DNA from: Aquificaceae bacterium
GTDB lineage: Bacteria > Aquificota > Aquificia > Aquificales > Aquificaceae
NCBI GenBank assembly: GCA_041640635.1
Contig: JBEPZX010000002.1
Location: forward strand, 32,001 to 96,000
Reading direction: 5' to 3'
Length of the DNA: 64,000 nt
Made by a program: the position numbers and the translations under genes. Shown in pieces: positions 49,195-61,324 of this stretch. Position 1 is the first letter of the stretch, and every line of letters begins with the position of its first letter. The notes under the pieces were generated by a model that was not told the origin of the DNA, did no database searches, and worked only from the letters and a program-made list of their open reading frames with translations.

Positions 49195-50316
49195 TTACAT
49201 AAAAGCCATGCTAGCATAAGAAACCCTTGAGTCCCATTCAATATCATGGTGAAACTTATAGTCTAAAAGTTTACCCTGTTTAACCCCCAGATTTTTTAGC
49301 ACGTAATAAAAGAAAAGATTAGTAAACTGCCCATCTATTCGCGTGGAATTGTTATCACTTACCAAAAGATCAAAGGCTTCCTCACCTTGCATCTTTTCGA
49401 TAAGCTCAAGATACTTCATATCTCTGTAAGAGGTATCGTAACTGACCATATCACCAAACCTTCTGCCTACATGACTCAAGTCTATACTGGATACAAACAG
49501 AACCTTTTCTTCTTTACCTTTTAGAGCTCTCAAGAAAGTATCCGCTGCACTTTTTAGAAATTCTTTATCTCCATACGAAATTATCATCGCAAGTACCTTT
49601 GCATTGGGATATAGGAGCTTTACGTACAAAGTTTGAAACTCTATGGAGTGCTCCTTTTCATAGGATAAAACATCGTGAGTGACATCAAAGGGATATAAAG
49701 CCTTTAGATTTTCTACCAAACTCGTGTCTGTTTCTAAGATTCCAAAAGGTGTTTGGAAATGACCGGGAAACACGGAAAAAGGCATTTGGTGCATATAATG
49801 GGAAACACCTAAAATAACAACGAGCTCCTTTTCTTCATTCAACCTTCCATATGCTTCCCAATAAACATCTTTGGCTACTCTTAAATCCATATGCGGGCAT
49901 ATGATCCCTACAGGTGAGATGCGTTTCTCTTTTTCACCTAAAACTAAAAACTCTTTGCATTCCTCTGGGTTACCGGGGTAACAAACATTTACGTGAGATG
50001 GTTCCCTGATGTTATTCCTTAGTAGTTTTTCCTTTCTTTTCTCAAAGGCTCTGATGAAGTTCTCATCCTCCAACATGAGATTTTCTTTCAAAGAGTGAAT
50101 AAATCTTTCTATTTCTTCGCGTGTTATCAACAATCCTGTTTTCTTAGTGAATTCAAGTCTTATTTGGTCAATATCCCTTGTTCCATCCATCAAAGAAAGG
50201 AGAAATAAGCCGTAGTCGCTTACAAAAATTTCTTTGCTTATTTGGTATGGGTCCACTACCAAGTAACCATCTTTGAGAGCTTCTATACTAAGAGCTCTTA
50301 GTTTAGGCTTGACCAT
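49195..50316 (-). CDS. MEMO1-family protein (AmmeMemoRadiSam protein B) with N-terminal extension
   Basis: PH.D, LGVSH, TPFG, EHSIEFQ, S.DLSHVG.RFGD, VSYAS. Confidence 0.85.
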   Translation of the reverse strand: MVKPKLRALSIEALKDGYLVVDPYQISKEIFVSDYGLFLLSLMDGTRDIDQIRLEFTKKTGLLITREEIERFIHSLKENLMLEDENFIRAFEKRKEKLLRNNIREPSHVNVCYPGNPEECKEFLVLGEKEKRISPVGIICPHMDLRVAKDVYWEAYGRLNEEKELVVILGVSHYMHQMPFSVFPGHFQTPFGILETDTSLVENLKALYPFDVTHDVLSYEKEHSIEFQTLYVKLLYPNAKVLAMIISYGDKEFLKSAADTFLRALKGKEEKVLFVSSIDLSHVGRRFGDMVSYDTSYRDMKYLELIEKMQGEEAFDLLVSDNNSTRIDGQFTNLFFYYVLKNLGVKQGKLLDYKFHHDIEWDSRVSYASMAFM

Positions 50317-50327
50317 ATATTAATAAT

Positions 50328-51047
50328 CTAATTTCTGCCTCTGTAGGTTCTATCCATAAACCTTAGGACTTCTCTCTCTTCGTCAGTGAGATCCCTATAC
50401 GCTCTTATTCTGTCCGCATACTCCTTTGCTTTTTGAAAATCTCCAGTGTTTATGTATATTTTGGCAAGTGGTGCAAGTCCCAACCTTCCAGCTTGGTTGA
50501 GAAACAGCATGGATCTTCTCACTTCATTTAATTGGTAATACAAAAGTCCCATAGCATGGTAAGCATACTCTTTATTTAGCTTAACCTCGGTTATCTTATT
50601 TTCCATCCATCGTCTAGTTTCTCTGTCTCTTAAATCCATAACTGCGTAAATACCTCTAAAAAACCTACCATCTTTGTGGACATCAAAACATCTCTTGTAT
50701 CTTTCAATTACATTCTTGGTTTTTAAATCATCTCTACATAGCTTTATGAGATTATCAGGACTTATATGATGTCCGTAAACTGGTAATAAGCTTACATCTT
50801 GCGTGTACTTAATAAGCAAGTAAGAATAATACTCCTTTTGAGTATCCAACTGAGCCCTCTCCAAAAGATCTCTTATGTGAAGTTCTAGTAAAATGTCATA
50901 CTTTCCACTTTTTATTGTTTCCTCTACAATTTTTTCCAAGTTTGTCTCCGTGGACCTTTCTTCAAACTTTTTATCTATTATTCCTTTTAGTTCCTCATAG
51001 GCGAAAGCTAAATTAATTAGCGTGGATGCAAGCAAGATAAAAAACAT
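50328..51047 (-). CDS. Exported hypothetical protein with C-terminal TPR-like helices
   Basis: Signal peptide AFA|YEE; AYHAMGLLYYQ, LAKIYINTGDFQKA. Confidence 0.6.
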   Translation of the reverse strand: MFFILLASTLINLAFAYEELKGIIDKKFEERSTETNLEKIVEETIKSGKYDILLELHIRDLLERAQLDTQKEYYSYLLIKYTQDVSLLPVYGHHISPDNLIKLCRDDLKTKNVIERYKRCFDVHKDGRFFRGIYAVMDLRDRETRRWMENKITEVKLNKEYAYHAMGLLYYQLNEVRRSMLFLNQAGRLGLAPLAKIYINTGDFQKAKEYADRIRAYRDLTDEEREVLRFMDRTYRGRN

Positions 51048-51049
51048 AC

Positions 51050-51679
51050 TTACTTGAATCTACGGGACAGCTCCTGCATTATTTGATCTATACCTATGCC
51101 ACGTATTGTTAACATAAGAACAAGATGATAAAACATATCAGACAGTTCTGCCTTTATTTGATCGGGATCGTTGTTTTTTAGCGCTATAAGAGCCTCTATC
51201 GCTTCTTCTCCAAACTTCTGCAATATTCTATCTTCACCTTCCTTTAGCAGTTTTACAGTATAGGAATTTTCCGGTTTTTCTTGTATTCGTTTTTCTATCA
51301 CTTCTTGAAGTCTTGTTAATGTCTCAAAAGGCAAAGGTTTTTCTACTTCTTGTCCATCTATGCGTCTAAAGAAGCAATTCCTTTCCCCAGTGTGGCAAGC
51401 TCTGTTTTTTTCTTGTTCTACTATATAAAGGATTGCATCTTCGTCACAGTCCACCCTTATTTCTATAACCTTTTGAAACTCTCCAGATGTTTCTCCCTTT
51501 TTCCAGACGGATTTTCTAGATCTTGAATAATAATGAGCATAGCCTGTCTGAAGCGTTTTCTCAAGAGCTTCCAAATTTGCCCAAGCAAACATTCTAATCT
51601 CACCCGTTCGGTAATCTTGAGCTATTACTGGAATTAAGCCTTCCGAGTTGAATTTCAAAAGAGAAAACAAATCACTCAT
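51050..51679 (-). CDS. hisIE: Bifunctional phosphoribosyl-AMP cyclohydrolase/phosphoribosyl-ATP pyrophosphatase
   Basis: WKKGETSG, DCDED, ACHTG..CF, KFGEEA.E. Confidence 0.95.
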   Translation of the reverse strand: MSDLFSLLKFNSEGLIPVIAQDYRTGEIRMFAWANLEALEKTLQTGYAHYYSRSRKSVWKKGETSGEFQKVIEIRVDCDEDAILYIVEQEKNRACHTGERNCFFRRIDGQEVEKPLPFETLTRLQEVIEKRIQEKPENSYTVKLLKEGEDRILQKFGEEAIEALIALKNNDPDQIKAELSDMFYHLVLMLTIRGIGIDQIMQELSRRFK

Positions 51680-52349
51680 CTGGAAGACGCCAAAGTAAGA
51701 CTATCTCTCCCTTAATTTCTCCCATGTTCTTTAAAGACTCGTAAACTTCACCAAGTTTTCCTCTTATGTATTCTTCGTGAACCTTTGTAAGCTCCCTCGC
51801 TATACAAACATTTACTTCTGGACCGTAAGAAGATAGCATACTAGATAAGCTTTTTACAATTCTATTGGGAGACTCAAAAGCTATCAGAGTTGTATTTTTG
51901 TAAGCTTTAACCTCTTCGAAGAATTTTTCTAATCCTTTTCTCGGCAAAAAGCCCAAGAAAGTAAATCTATCGGTAGGAAGACCAGAACCTACCAAGGCTG
52001 TTGTTACGGCACTTGGACCTGGCAAAACTTCCACTTGTATACCCTTTTGAATACACATACTTATGAGCTTATAGCCAGGATCGGAAATGGATGGCATGCC
52101 TGAGTCCGTAACTAATGCTATGTCTTCCTTTTCTAAGAGCTTTATTATTTTCGGTGCCTGTATACTTTCCTTTGGTTCATAGTAGGAAATAAGCTTTTTA
52201 CCCTCTATTTGGTAATGATTTAAAAGAATACTTGTTCTACGTGTATCTTCGCACGCTATGAAGTTAACGGATTTTAAGACCTCCAAAGCCCTCAACGTAA
52301 TATCCCTTAAGTTACCTATAGGCGTAGCAACTACGTACAGTTTACCCAT
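51672..52349 (-). CDS. rsmI: 16S rRNA (cytidine1402-2'-O)-methyltransferase
   Basis: VATPIGNL.DIT.RA, EDTR, DSG.P.ISDPG, ARELTK.HEE. Confidence 0.95.
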   Translation of the reverse strand: MGKLYVVATPIGNLRDITLRALEVLKSVNFIACEDTRRTSILLNHYQIEGKKLISYYEPKESIQAPKIIKLLEKEDIALVTDSGMPSISDPGYKLISMCIQKGIQVEVLPGPSAVTTALVGSGLPTDRFTFLGFLPRKGLEKFFEEVKAYKNTTLIAFESPNRIVKSLSSMLSSYGPEVNVCIARELTKVHEEYIRGKLGEVYESLKNMGEIKGEIVLLWRLPDE

Positions 52350-52350
52350 T

Positions 52351-53151
52351 TTATTTCACCATAAAGAGAGGTATATCTAAATGATGCATCACAAACAGTG
52401 TGACGCTTCCCAAAAATAGCTCTTTGAGCTTACCTTTAGAAAAAGCTCCTATAGTAAGCATATCTATGTTCTCTTCTTTACAATATTGTACTATTTTTTC
52501 CTCAGGAATGCCCTTTAAATTTACGTACTTAACACCACTTTCTATATCCTTCGATAAATCCCTGTCTCCCACGTAAAGGACTGAAAGATCCCATTGGAAT
52601 CCATTACAAAGATCTTTTACTATAGTTAAAGCCTTTCTCGATAGATCCATACCATCGTAAGCTACACAAACCTTCTTAATGTCTCTATACTCTTCAGAAA
52701 CTATTAACACGCTACATTTGGCGATTCTTACCACCCTCTCCGCCGTGGATCCTAAAAACACACCTTCAACTGGTTTTTTCCCTTTCTTCCCAACAACTAT
52801 TAAATCACCATCGTCCGCTTGTTCCGCTATGAGTTTATAAGGTACACCTGTAGCTTGGAAGGCTGATACCTTCACACCTCTGTTTCTGCCTAAACTCAAA
52901 AACTCATCCAAAACTGCATCTGCTTGGTTCTCTAGGAATTCCTTTACTTTTTGAGAGATACCTACGTAGTAAGTAAAACCAAGGACACCTGCCAAATCCT
53001 CCAAAAAACTCTCATCTATTACTCTTTCATCCACTATATAAGCACCTATAACTGGTATGGATAGAACACTGCCTAATTGAAAGGCGTATTCGCTCGCTGT
53101 CCACGAAGCTTTTGAACCATCAACACCAACGATGATTCTTTTAAACGTCAA
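52351..53151 (-). CDS. Tandem-domain universal stress protein
   Basis: VGVDGS...FLGSTAERV and AYDG...FLGSVT. Confidence 0.88.
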   Translation of the reverse strand: MTFKRIIVGVDGSKASWTASEYAFQLGSVLSIPVIGAYIVDERVIDESFLEDLAGVLGFTYYVGISQKVKEFLENQADAVLDEFLSLGRNRGVKVSAFQATGVPYKLIAEQADDGDLIVVGKKGKKPVEGVFLGSTAERVVRIAKCSVLIVSEEYRDIKKVCVAYDGMDLSRKALTIVKDLCNGFQWDLSVLYVGDRDLSKDIESGVKYVNLKGIPEEKIVQYCKEENIDMLTIGAFSKGKLKELFLGSVTLFVMHHLDIPLFMVK

Positions 53152-55510
53152 GATTCTTTACCTCCCTCGCATAGGTGCTTATGAATTCCCTTCTAGGCTC
53201 CACATCTTCACCCATAAGTATGGAGAATATTCTATCCGCTTCTGCGGCATCCTCTACGGTTACCTTCAAAAGCCTTCTTGTGTTCGGGTTCATAGTGGTT
53301 TCCCAGAGTTGCTCCGGATTCATCTCACCAAGCCCCTTGTATCTCTGTATTTCTAAGGACTCTTTTATAAGCTCCATTAACGCATCAGATATATGGTATA
53401 CGTCGTTTACCACCTTGCTTTTGCGTTCAAAGTAAACACTTACGGGAGTTTTTACGGAAAGACCTGAGATTAACGATTTGTAACTCAAGGACGAAACAAA
53501 GTCCACGTCCACTATAGTTTTTCTATCTTTTTCTACAAAAACAATTTCGTAAGCATCTTCGTAATTATCGTACTTCACATCTATGGTTACATTTTTGAGA
53601 AAACTTTCGAGCTCCCTCATCTTTTCCTGTAGCTTCTCTGTATCCCTTAAATCCTCCTCCACAAGCCTTACGTTTATCAATCCCTGAAGGATGTGTTCTC
53701 CCTTCTTCTTCGCAAAGGATTTGTAAGCATCCTCCAGTTCCTTTATATTTTTGACAAGCTTAACGAGTTCCTCACCTACTATCTCCTGTCCGTCGGCTGT
53801 GATCAGTTTTGCCTGTTTGGCAAGTTCCAAGAGAAAGGATTCCAATTCCTTATCGTCCTTTAGGTAAAAGACGGATTTTCCTCTCTTTACCCTGTAAAGT
53901 GGCGGTTGAGCGATGTACAAATAACCATTTTCTATGAGTTTTGGCATATACCTGTAGAAGAAGGTGAGAAGAAGGGTTCTTATGTGGAGTCCATCTACAT
54001 CAGCATCCGTCATTAGAATTATTTTGTGATAGCGTAGCTTAGAAAGATCCATATCTTCGCCTATACCGGCTCCTAAGGAGCTCACGATAGCCTTTATCTC
54101 TTCGTTGGAGAATACTTTATCGAGTCTCGCTTTTTCCACATTTAAGATCTTTCCACGCAGAGGAAGAATGGCTTGGTATCTTCTGTCACGACCTTGCTTT
54201 GCCGAGCCTCCGGCGGATTCCCCTTCCACGATGAAAATTTCGCACTTTTGTGGATCCTTTTCGGAGCAATCTGCCAACTTACCGGGAAGTGTGGAATCCT
54301 CGAGTGGAGATTTTCTTCTTACCAGTTCCTTTGCCTTTTTTGCCGCCTCTCTTGCCAAAGCAGCTTCTATGGCTTTTTCGACAATTAACCTAAAGATGTC
54401 CCTGTTTCTATCGAAATAATCAGATAAGTATTCATAAACCACTGATTCTACTATATTTTTTACGTTTTGGTTTCCCAGTTTAGTTTTTGTTTGACCCTCA
54501 AACTGTGGTTCTGGTACTTTGCATGAAATCACAGCCACAAGACCTTCCCTTAGGTCTTCACCTGTAAAGGATTCTCTGAGCTCTTTTTGCAGCTTTATGT
54601 TGGGCAAGGCTTTCATAACGGCTTTTGTTAGACCGCTCCGGAAGCCTGTAACGTGCGTACCTCCTTCAACAGTCTTTATATTATTTACAAAGGATTCTAC
54701 AGATTCTCTGTAATCTTTTGTATACATAAAGGCTACATCTACATTAACATCTTCCTTTTCTGAAGTTATACGAATGACCTGGTCAAAGAGCAAATCTTTT
54801 CCAGCGGAAAGGAACTTTGCTAACTCTTCTATACCCCTATCAAATTTGTATATAACGTCTTTAGAAAATCTTTCATCTATTAAATGAAATGTGCACTCTG
54901 GATTGAGATAAGCAAGCTCTCTTACTCTTCTTTCAACTATATCGAACTTTATTTTTGTTGTCTCGAATATTTGACTATCTGGTTTAAAAGTTACCTTTGT
55001 CCCCCTTTTGCTCGTATTACCCACTTCCTTTAATGGATATAAAGGGTTACCTCTTTGGTATTCTTGCTTGTGTATTTTTCCATCTCTGTATACTTCGCAT
55101 ATTAACCACTCGGAAAGAGCATTTACAACAGATGCACCAACACCATGAAGACCACCGGAGTACCTGTAAGCTTTTTTATCAAACTTCCCACCAGCTCCAA
55201 GCATGGTAAAAACCATTTCAACAGCTGGAATGCCTGTTTCTGGATGTACATCCGTTGGTATTCCTCTCCCATTATCCTCTATTGTTACGGATCCATCTAC
55301 GTGAATTATTATGGTGATGCTATCGGCATAGCCTGCCATATGTTCATCAACTGCATTATCGAGAATCTCCCATATGAGATGATGAAGACCCCTTTCTCCT
55401 ATGTCACCAATATACATAGATGGCCTTAAACGGACATGTTCAAGACCAGTAACAGCTTTTATATCTGTGGCTTGGTATTCCTGACTGTTAATTTCGTACT
55501 GTTTTTCCAT
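53141..55510 (-). CDS. gyrB: Type IIA topoisomerase subunit B (GyrB-like)
   Basis: RPSMYIG, EILDNAVDE, GGLHGVG, VEGESAGG, PLRGK, DADVDG, QRYKGLGEM; TOPRIM insert present. Confidence 0.95.
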   Translation of the reverse strand: MEKQYEINSQEYQATDIKAVTGLEHVRLRPSMYIGDIGERGLHHLIWEILDNAVDEHMAGYADSITIIIHVDGSVTIEDNGRGIPTDVHPETGIPAVEMVFTMLGAGGKFDKKAYRYSGGLHGVGASVVNALSEWLICEVYRDGKIHKQEYQRGNPLYPLKEVGNTSKRGTKVTFKPDSQIFETTKIKFDIVERRVRELAYLNPECTFHLIDERFSKDVIYKFDRGIEELAKFLSAGKDLLFDQVIRITSEKEDVNVDVAFMYTKDYRESVESFVNNIKTVEGGTHVTGFRSGLTKAVMKALPNIKLQKELRESFTGEDLREGLVAVISCKVPEPQFEGQTKTKLGNQNVKNIVESVVYEYLSDYFDRNRDIFRLIVEKAIEAALAREAAKKAKELVRRKSPLEDSTLPGKLADCSEKDPQKCEIFIVEGESAGGSAKQGRDRRYQAILPLRGKILNVEKARLDKVFSNEEIKAIVSSLGAGIGEDMDLSKLRYHKIILMTDADVDGLHIRTLLLTFFYRYMPKLIENGYLYIAQPPLYRVKRGKSVFYLKDDKELESFLLELAKQAKLITADGQEIVGEELVKLVKNIKELEDAYKSFAKKKGEHILQGLINVRLVEEDLRDTEKLQEKMRELESFLKNVTIDVKYDNYEDAYEIVFVEKDRKTIVDVDFVSSLSYKSLISGLSVKTPVSVYFERKSKVVNDVYHISDALMELIKESLEIQRYKGLGEMNPEQLWETTMNPNTRRLLKVTVEDAAEADRIFSILMGEDVEPRREFISTYAREVKNLDV

Positions 55511-55524
55511 AGCGTTTTTGAAAA

Positions 55525-55600
55525 CACCCCCAGCGGGATTTGAACCCGCGATCTCCGCCTTGAAAGGGCGGTGTCCTAGACCTGGCTAGACGATGGGGGC
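55525..55600 (-). tRNA. tRNA-Glu (anticodon TTC), CCA not encoded
   Basis: Minus strand GCCCCCATCGTCTAGCCAGGTCTAGGACACCGCCCTTTCAAGGCGGAGATCGCGGGTTCAAATCCCGCTGGGGGTG; anticodon stem CCGCC/GGCGG with loop CTTTCAA; GTTCAAATC T-loop. Confidence 0.96.
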
Positions 55601-55613
55601 TAATACCTAAATT

Positions 55614-55643
55614 ATTATAAGCTAATATTTTTGCTTTTGTCAA
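55614..55643 (-). promoter_or_regulatory. sigma70 promoter for tRNA-Glu/gyrB
   Basis: Minus strand TTGACA (55643-55638), 18-nt spacer, TATAAT (55619-55614). Confidence 0.75.
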
Positions 55644-55715
55644 GATCTTTATTTATTTAATTTATTTAATATAGGAAAATAGCTAAACAAATTAGAGAAG
55701 CTAAGCCTCTTGAGT

Positions 55716-56672
55716 TTACACTAATAATTCAGCATACTCTCTGCTGAGATTGAACATCCTCATAGCCAAGTCTGCATACTTGTTCTTATCCATAACCATC
55801 GGGTCTTTAAGCATAAAACTAAAAACCTTCCCTCTCACGTAAGCTCTGTAACACTTAAAGAAGGGTAAAAGAATCTCAAAATGTGCGTCCTTGGAAAGCT
55901 CCCTATATCGCTCTTCGTAAATCTTGGACAGATGCCTTTTGCCCCAAAAATCCAACTCCATAGACAAGAAGCACATATCGTTTATAACATCACCGCATCT
56001 GAATCTATCGTTAAACTCTATACAATCAAAAACGCACACACCATCGTCTAAAAAAGCCACATGCTCTAACCTTATGTCCCCGTGTCCATCAACTATCATG
56101 CCCTGGTCCTTTCGTTCTTGGAATACATAGCCGTACTTTTTATAGAAAGCTTCCGTTCTCTCCTTTATGAACTCATAGTCTTCCTTGCTTATTGTGAGGC
56201 TTATAAACTCCTGGGTTTGCTGAAAGTTCTCATCTGTGTTGTACTTCATCACCTGAAGATCTCCAAACTCGGGTCTTTTTTGTGCCCTTTGGTGAAAATT
56301 GTATATATGCGTAGCGAGTTTTTGAAGGTCTTCTTCCTTTACGCTGTCCAAAAGGTTTGAGAGGACTCTCTCTTGAGGTATTCTCCTCATCTTCACTGCA
56401 TACTCTACCAAATTCTCATCGCTTTCCAAGAGGTAATCACCATCCACTTGGCTTATGGGAACTACGCCCATGTATATCCGTGAGCACATGCGCTTGTTTA
56501 GCTCCACCTCCTTTTGGCAGTAATTGTGGCGTTTCTGTAGGGTTGAGTAATCCAAAAAGCCGAAGTTGACGGGTTTTTTAATTTTGTAAACCACCTCCTT
56601 TCCAATCAACACCCAGCTTGAGTGCGTTTGAACAAGCTCCGCTGAAAGTTTTTCCTTTAGTATTTCTATCAT
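55716..56672 (-). CDS. COG2187-like APH/kinase-fold protein lacking the C-terminal AAA kinase domain
   Basis: QTHSSWV, YKIKKPV.FGFLDYST, ELN.R, DGHGDIRLEH, FDCIEFN.RFR..D, YRAYVRGKV; likely start MIEILK overlapping the mazG stop. Confidence 0.8.
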   Translation of the reverse strand: MIEILKEKLSAELVQTHSSWVLIGKEVVYKIKKPVNFGFLDYSTLQKRHNYCQKEVELNKRMCSRIYMGVVPISQVDGDYLLESDENLVEYAVKMRRIPQERVLSNLLDSVKEEDLQKLATHIYNFHQRAQKRPEFGDLQVMKYNTDENFQQTQEFISLTISKEDYEFIKERTEAFYKKYGYVFQERKDQGMIVDGHGDIRLEHVAFLDDGVCVFDCIEFNDRFRCGDVINDMCFLSMELDFWGKRHLSKIYEERYRELSKDAHFEILLPFFKCYRAYVRGKVFSFMLKDPMVMDKNKYADLAMRMFNLSREYAELLV

Positions 56673-57415
56673 CCCGCTATTTTCTTTGCCGTATTCCATA
56701 GCCGTTCCATCTCCTCCAGAGTCATTTCCTGAAGTTTTTTGTTTTCCTTCTTGGCCAACTCTTCCATCAATCTAAAGCGTTTTTCGAACCTGTCATTTGC
56801 CTGATTAAGAGCCAATTCAGCATCGATATTTATCAATCTTCCTATCTCTACGGCAGCCGTTAGTATATCACCCAACTCATGCTGTAGATTGTCTCTATCG
56901 CCGTTTTTTATGCTCTCCTTTAGCTCCTCTATCTCTTCGTAAAGCTTATCTATAGCTTGATACACGTTTTGGAAGTCAAAGCCAACTAAACTAGCTCTGT
57001 CTTGGAGTTTTTTTGATCTAAGCAACGCTGGCATACTTTTTGGGATGCCATCCAGTATACTCTCTCTGCTTTCTGACTTGGAGAGCTCCCAATTTTTCAA
57101 AACACTTTCGGCAGGTTCGTTTCCAAAAACATGAGGATGCCTGTGTATTAGCTTTTCACAAAGGCTGTTTATAACATCCTCTATGTTAAATTCCCCTCTT
57201 TCGCTCGCTATTTGAGAGTGAAACACCACTTGCAAAAGAACATCTCCTAGCTCTTCCTTTAACCTCTGAGGATCACCGGAATCTATGGCATCTATCAGCT
57301 CGTACACTTCCTCAAGTGCATGTTTTTTTAGACTTTCGTGCGTCTGCTTTCTATCCCATGGACACTCCCGTCTTAACTTGCTAACTATCCCCATTAGTTT
57401 ATCAAAGGCTTCCAC
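56669..57415 (-). CDS. mazG: Nucleoside triphosphate pyrophosphohydrolase MazG
   Basis: CPWDRKQTH.SL, EELGD.LLQVVFH, RHPHVF, second EE..E...ELGD domain. Confidence 0.95.
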   Translation of the reverse strand: MEAFDKLMGIVSKLRRECPWDRKQTHESLKKHALEEVYELIDAIDSGDPQRLKEELGDVLLQVVFHSQIASERGEFNIEDVINSLCEKLIHRHPHVFGNEPAESVLKNWELSKSESRESILDGIPKSMPALLRSKKLQDRASLVGFDFQNVYQAIDKLYEEIEELKESIKNGDRDNLQHELGDILTAAVEIGRLINIDAELALNQANDRFEKRFRLMEELAKKENKKLQEMTLEEMERLWNTAKKIAG

Positions 57416-57435
57416 AGAATAGATTATATTATTAA

Positions 57436-60045
<2,610 letters not shown>

Positions 60046-60065
60046 TAAGTTTTGGAGGTTGAAAG

Positions 60066-60251
60066 ATGAAAAAGGGAATACATCCAGAGCTCAAGCCAAC
60101 AACCTTTGTTTGTGGGTGCTCCAACACCTTTACGCTGCTTTCTACCAAAGGTGGGACCGTTTACCTAGAGTCCTGCAACAAATGCCATCCATTTTACACG
60201 GGTAAGCTTAGGATAAAACCAGCTTACTTGGAGCTCCAAACCAAGGTATGA
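60066..60251 (+). CDS. rpmE: 50S ribosomal protein L31 (Cys/Zn-containing type)
   Basis: [20 protein letters not shown]. Confidence 0.95.
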   Translation: MKKGIHPELKPTTFVCGCSNTFTLLSTKGGTVYLESCNKCHPFYTGKLRIKPAYLELQTKV

Positions 60252-61324
60252 TAAATAAAGACTTACTGGAGAAGTTAGAAGCTATAGAAAAAAAGTACAT
60301 AGAACTCCAGGAAAAACTGAGCGACCCAGAGATAATAAAGGACAAAGAAGCCTTCACAAAACTAAACAAAGAACTGAAGGATCTAACGGATGTATACAAA
60401 GCTTACTCCGAGTATAAAAAACTGCTGAAAGATCTGGAGGACGCAAAGGAGCTTCTAAAGTCTAGTGAGTTCGAAGAACTTGCAAAGGAAGAAATAAAGA
60501 GTTTAGACAAAAAGATAGAGCAGCAAGAGAGAAACCTAAAGATTTTACTGCTTCCAAAGGACGATAGAGATTCGAGAAACGTCATACTGGAGATTAGAGC
60601 TGGCGTAGGTGGTGAAGAGGCAAGCCTTTTTGTGGCGGACCTGTTGAGTATGTACCAAAAGTATGCGGAAAAGATGGGTTGGAAGTTTAGCATACTTAGC
60701 GCCAACAAAACAGGTTTAGGAGGATACAAAGAAGTTATAGCCTTGATAGAGGGTAGCGGTGCATACTCTAAGCTTAAGTTTGAGAGTGGTGTCCATAGGG
60801 TGCAGCGTGTGCCTGTAACAGAAGCCGGTGGCAGAATACACACATCCACGGCAACGGTGGCGGTTTTAGCCGAAGCTGACGAAACGGACATTCACATAAA
60901 CCCAGAGGACCTGAAAATAGAGACCTTTAGAGCTAGCGGAGCGGGTGGTCAGTACGTAAATACTACAGAAAGTGCCGTAAGGATCACGCACCTACCGACA
61001 GGTATAGTGGTATCGTGCCAGGACGAGAGATCTCAGTTCCAAAACAGGCAAAAGGCTCTCAAGATTCTATATGCAAGACTCAAGGAGCATTACGAGAGCC
61101 AAAAACAGGAACAGTTAGCCAAAGAGAGAAAGCAGCAGGTCGGAACGGCAGAGAGAAGTGAGAAGATAAGAACCTACAACTTCCCGCAGGGGCGAGTCAC
61201 AGACCACAGGGTGAACTTAACCCTTTACAAACTGCAACAGGTACTAGAAGGTGATCTAGATGAGTTAATAAGTGCGCTCACTGAGCACGATATAGAAGAA
61301 AAACTTAAAGCACAGTTAGTGTAA
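60248..61324 (+). CDS. prfA: Peptide chain release factor 1
   Basis: [10 protein letters not shown] (PxT), GAGGQ, RTYNFPQ. Confidence 0.97.
   Translation: MINKDLLEKLEAIEKKYIELQEKLSDPEIIKDKEAFTKLNKELKDLTDVYKAYSEYKKLLKDLEDAKELLKSSEFEELAKEEIKSLDKKIEQQERNLKILLLPKDDRDSRNVILEIRAGVGGEEASLFVADLLSMYQKYAEKMGWKFSILSANKTGLGGYKEVIALIEGSGAYSKLKFESGVHRVQRVPVTEAGGRIHTSTATVAVLAEADETDIHINPEDLKIETFRASGAGGQYVNTTESAVRITHLPTGIVVSCQDERSQFQNRQKALKILYARLKEHYESQKQEQLAKERKQQVGTAERSEKIRTYNFPQGRVTDHRVNLTLYKLQQVLEGDLDELISALTEHDIEEKLKAQLV

Noticed and set aside
55525..55715. tRNA-Glu as an island integration site
   Set aside because: No integrase and no duplicated tRNA 3' end seen; the 3' flank is gyrB.
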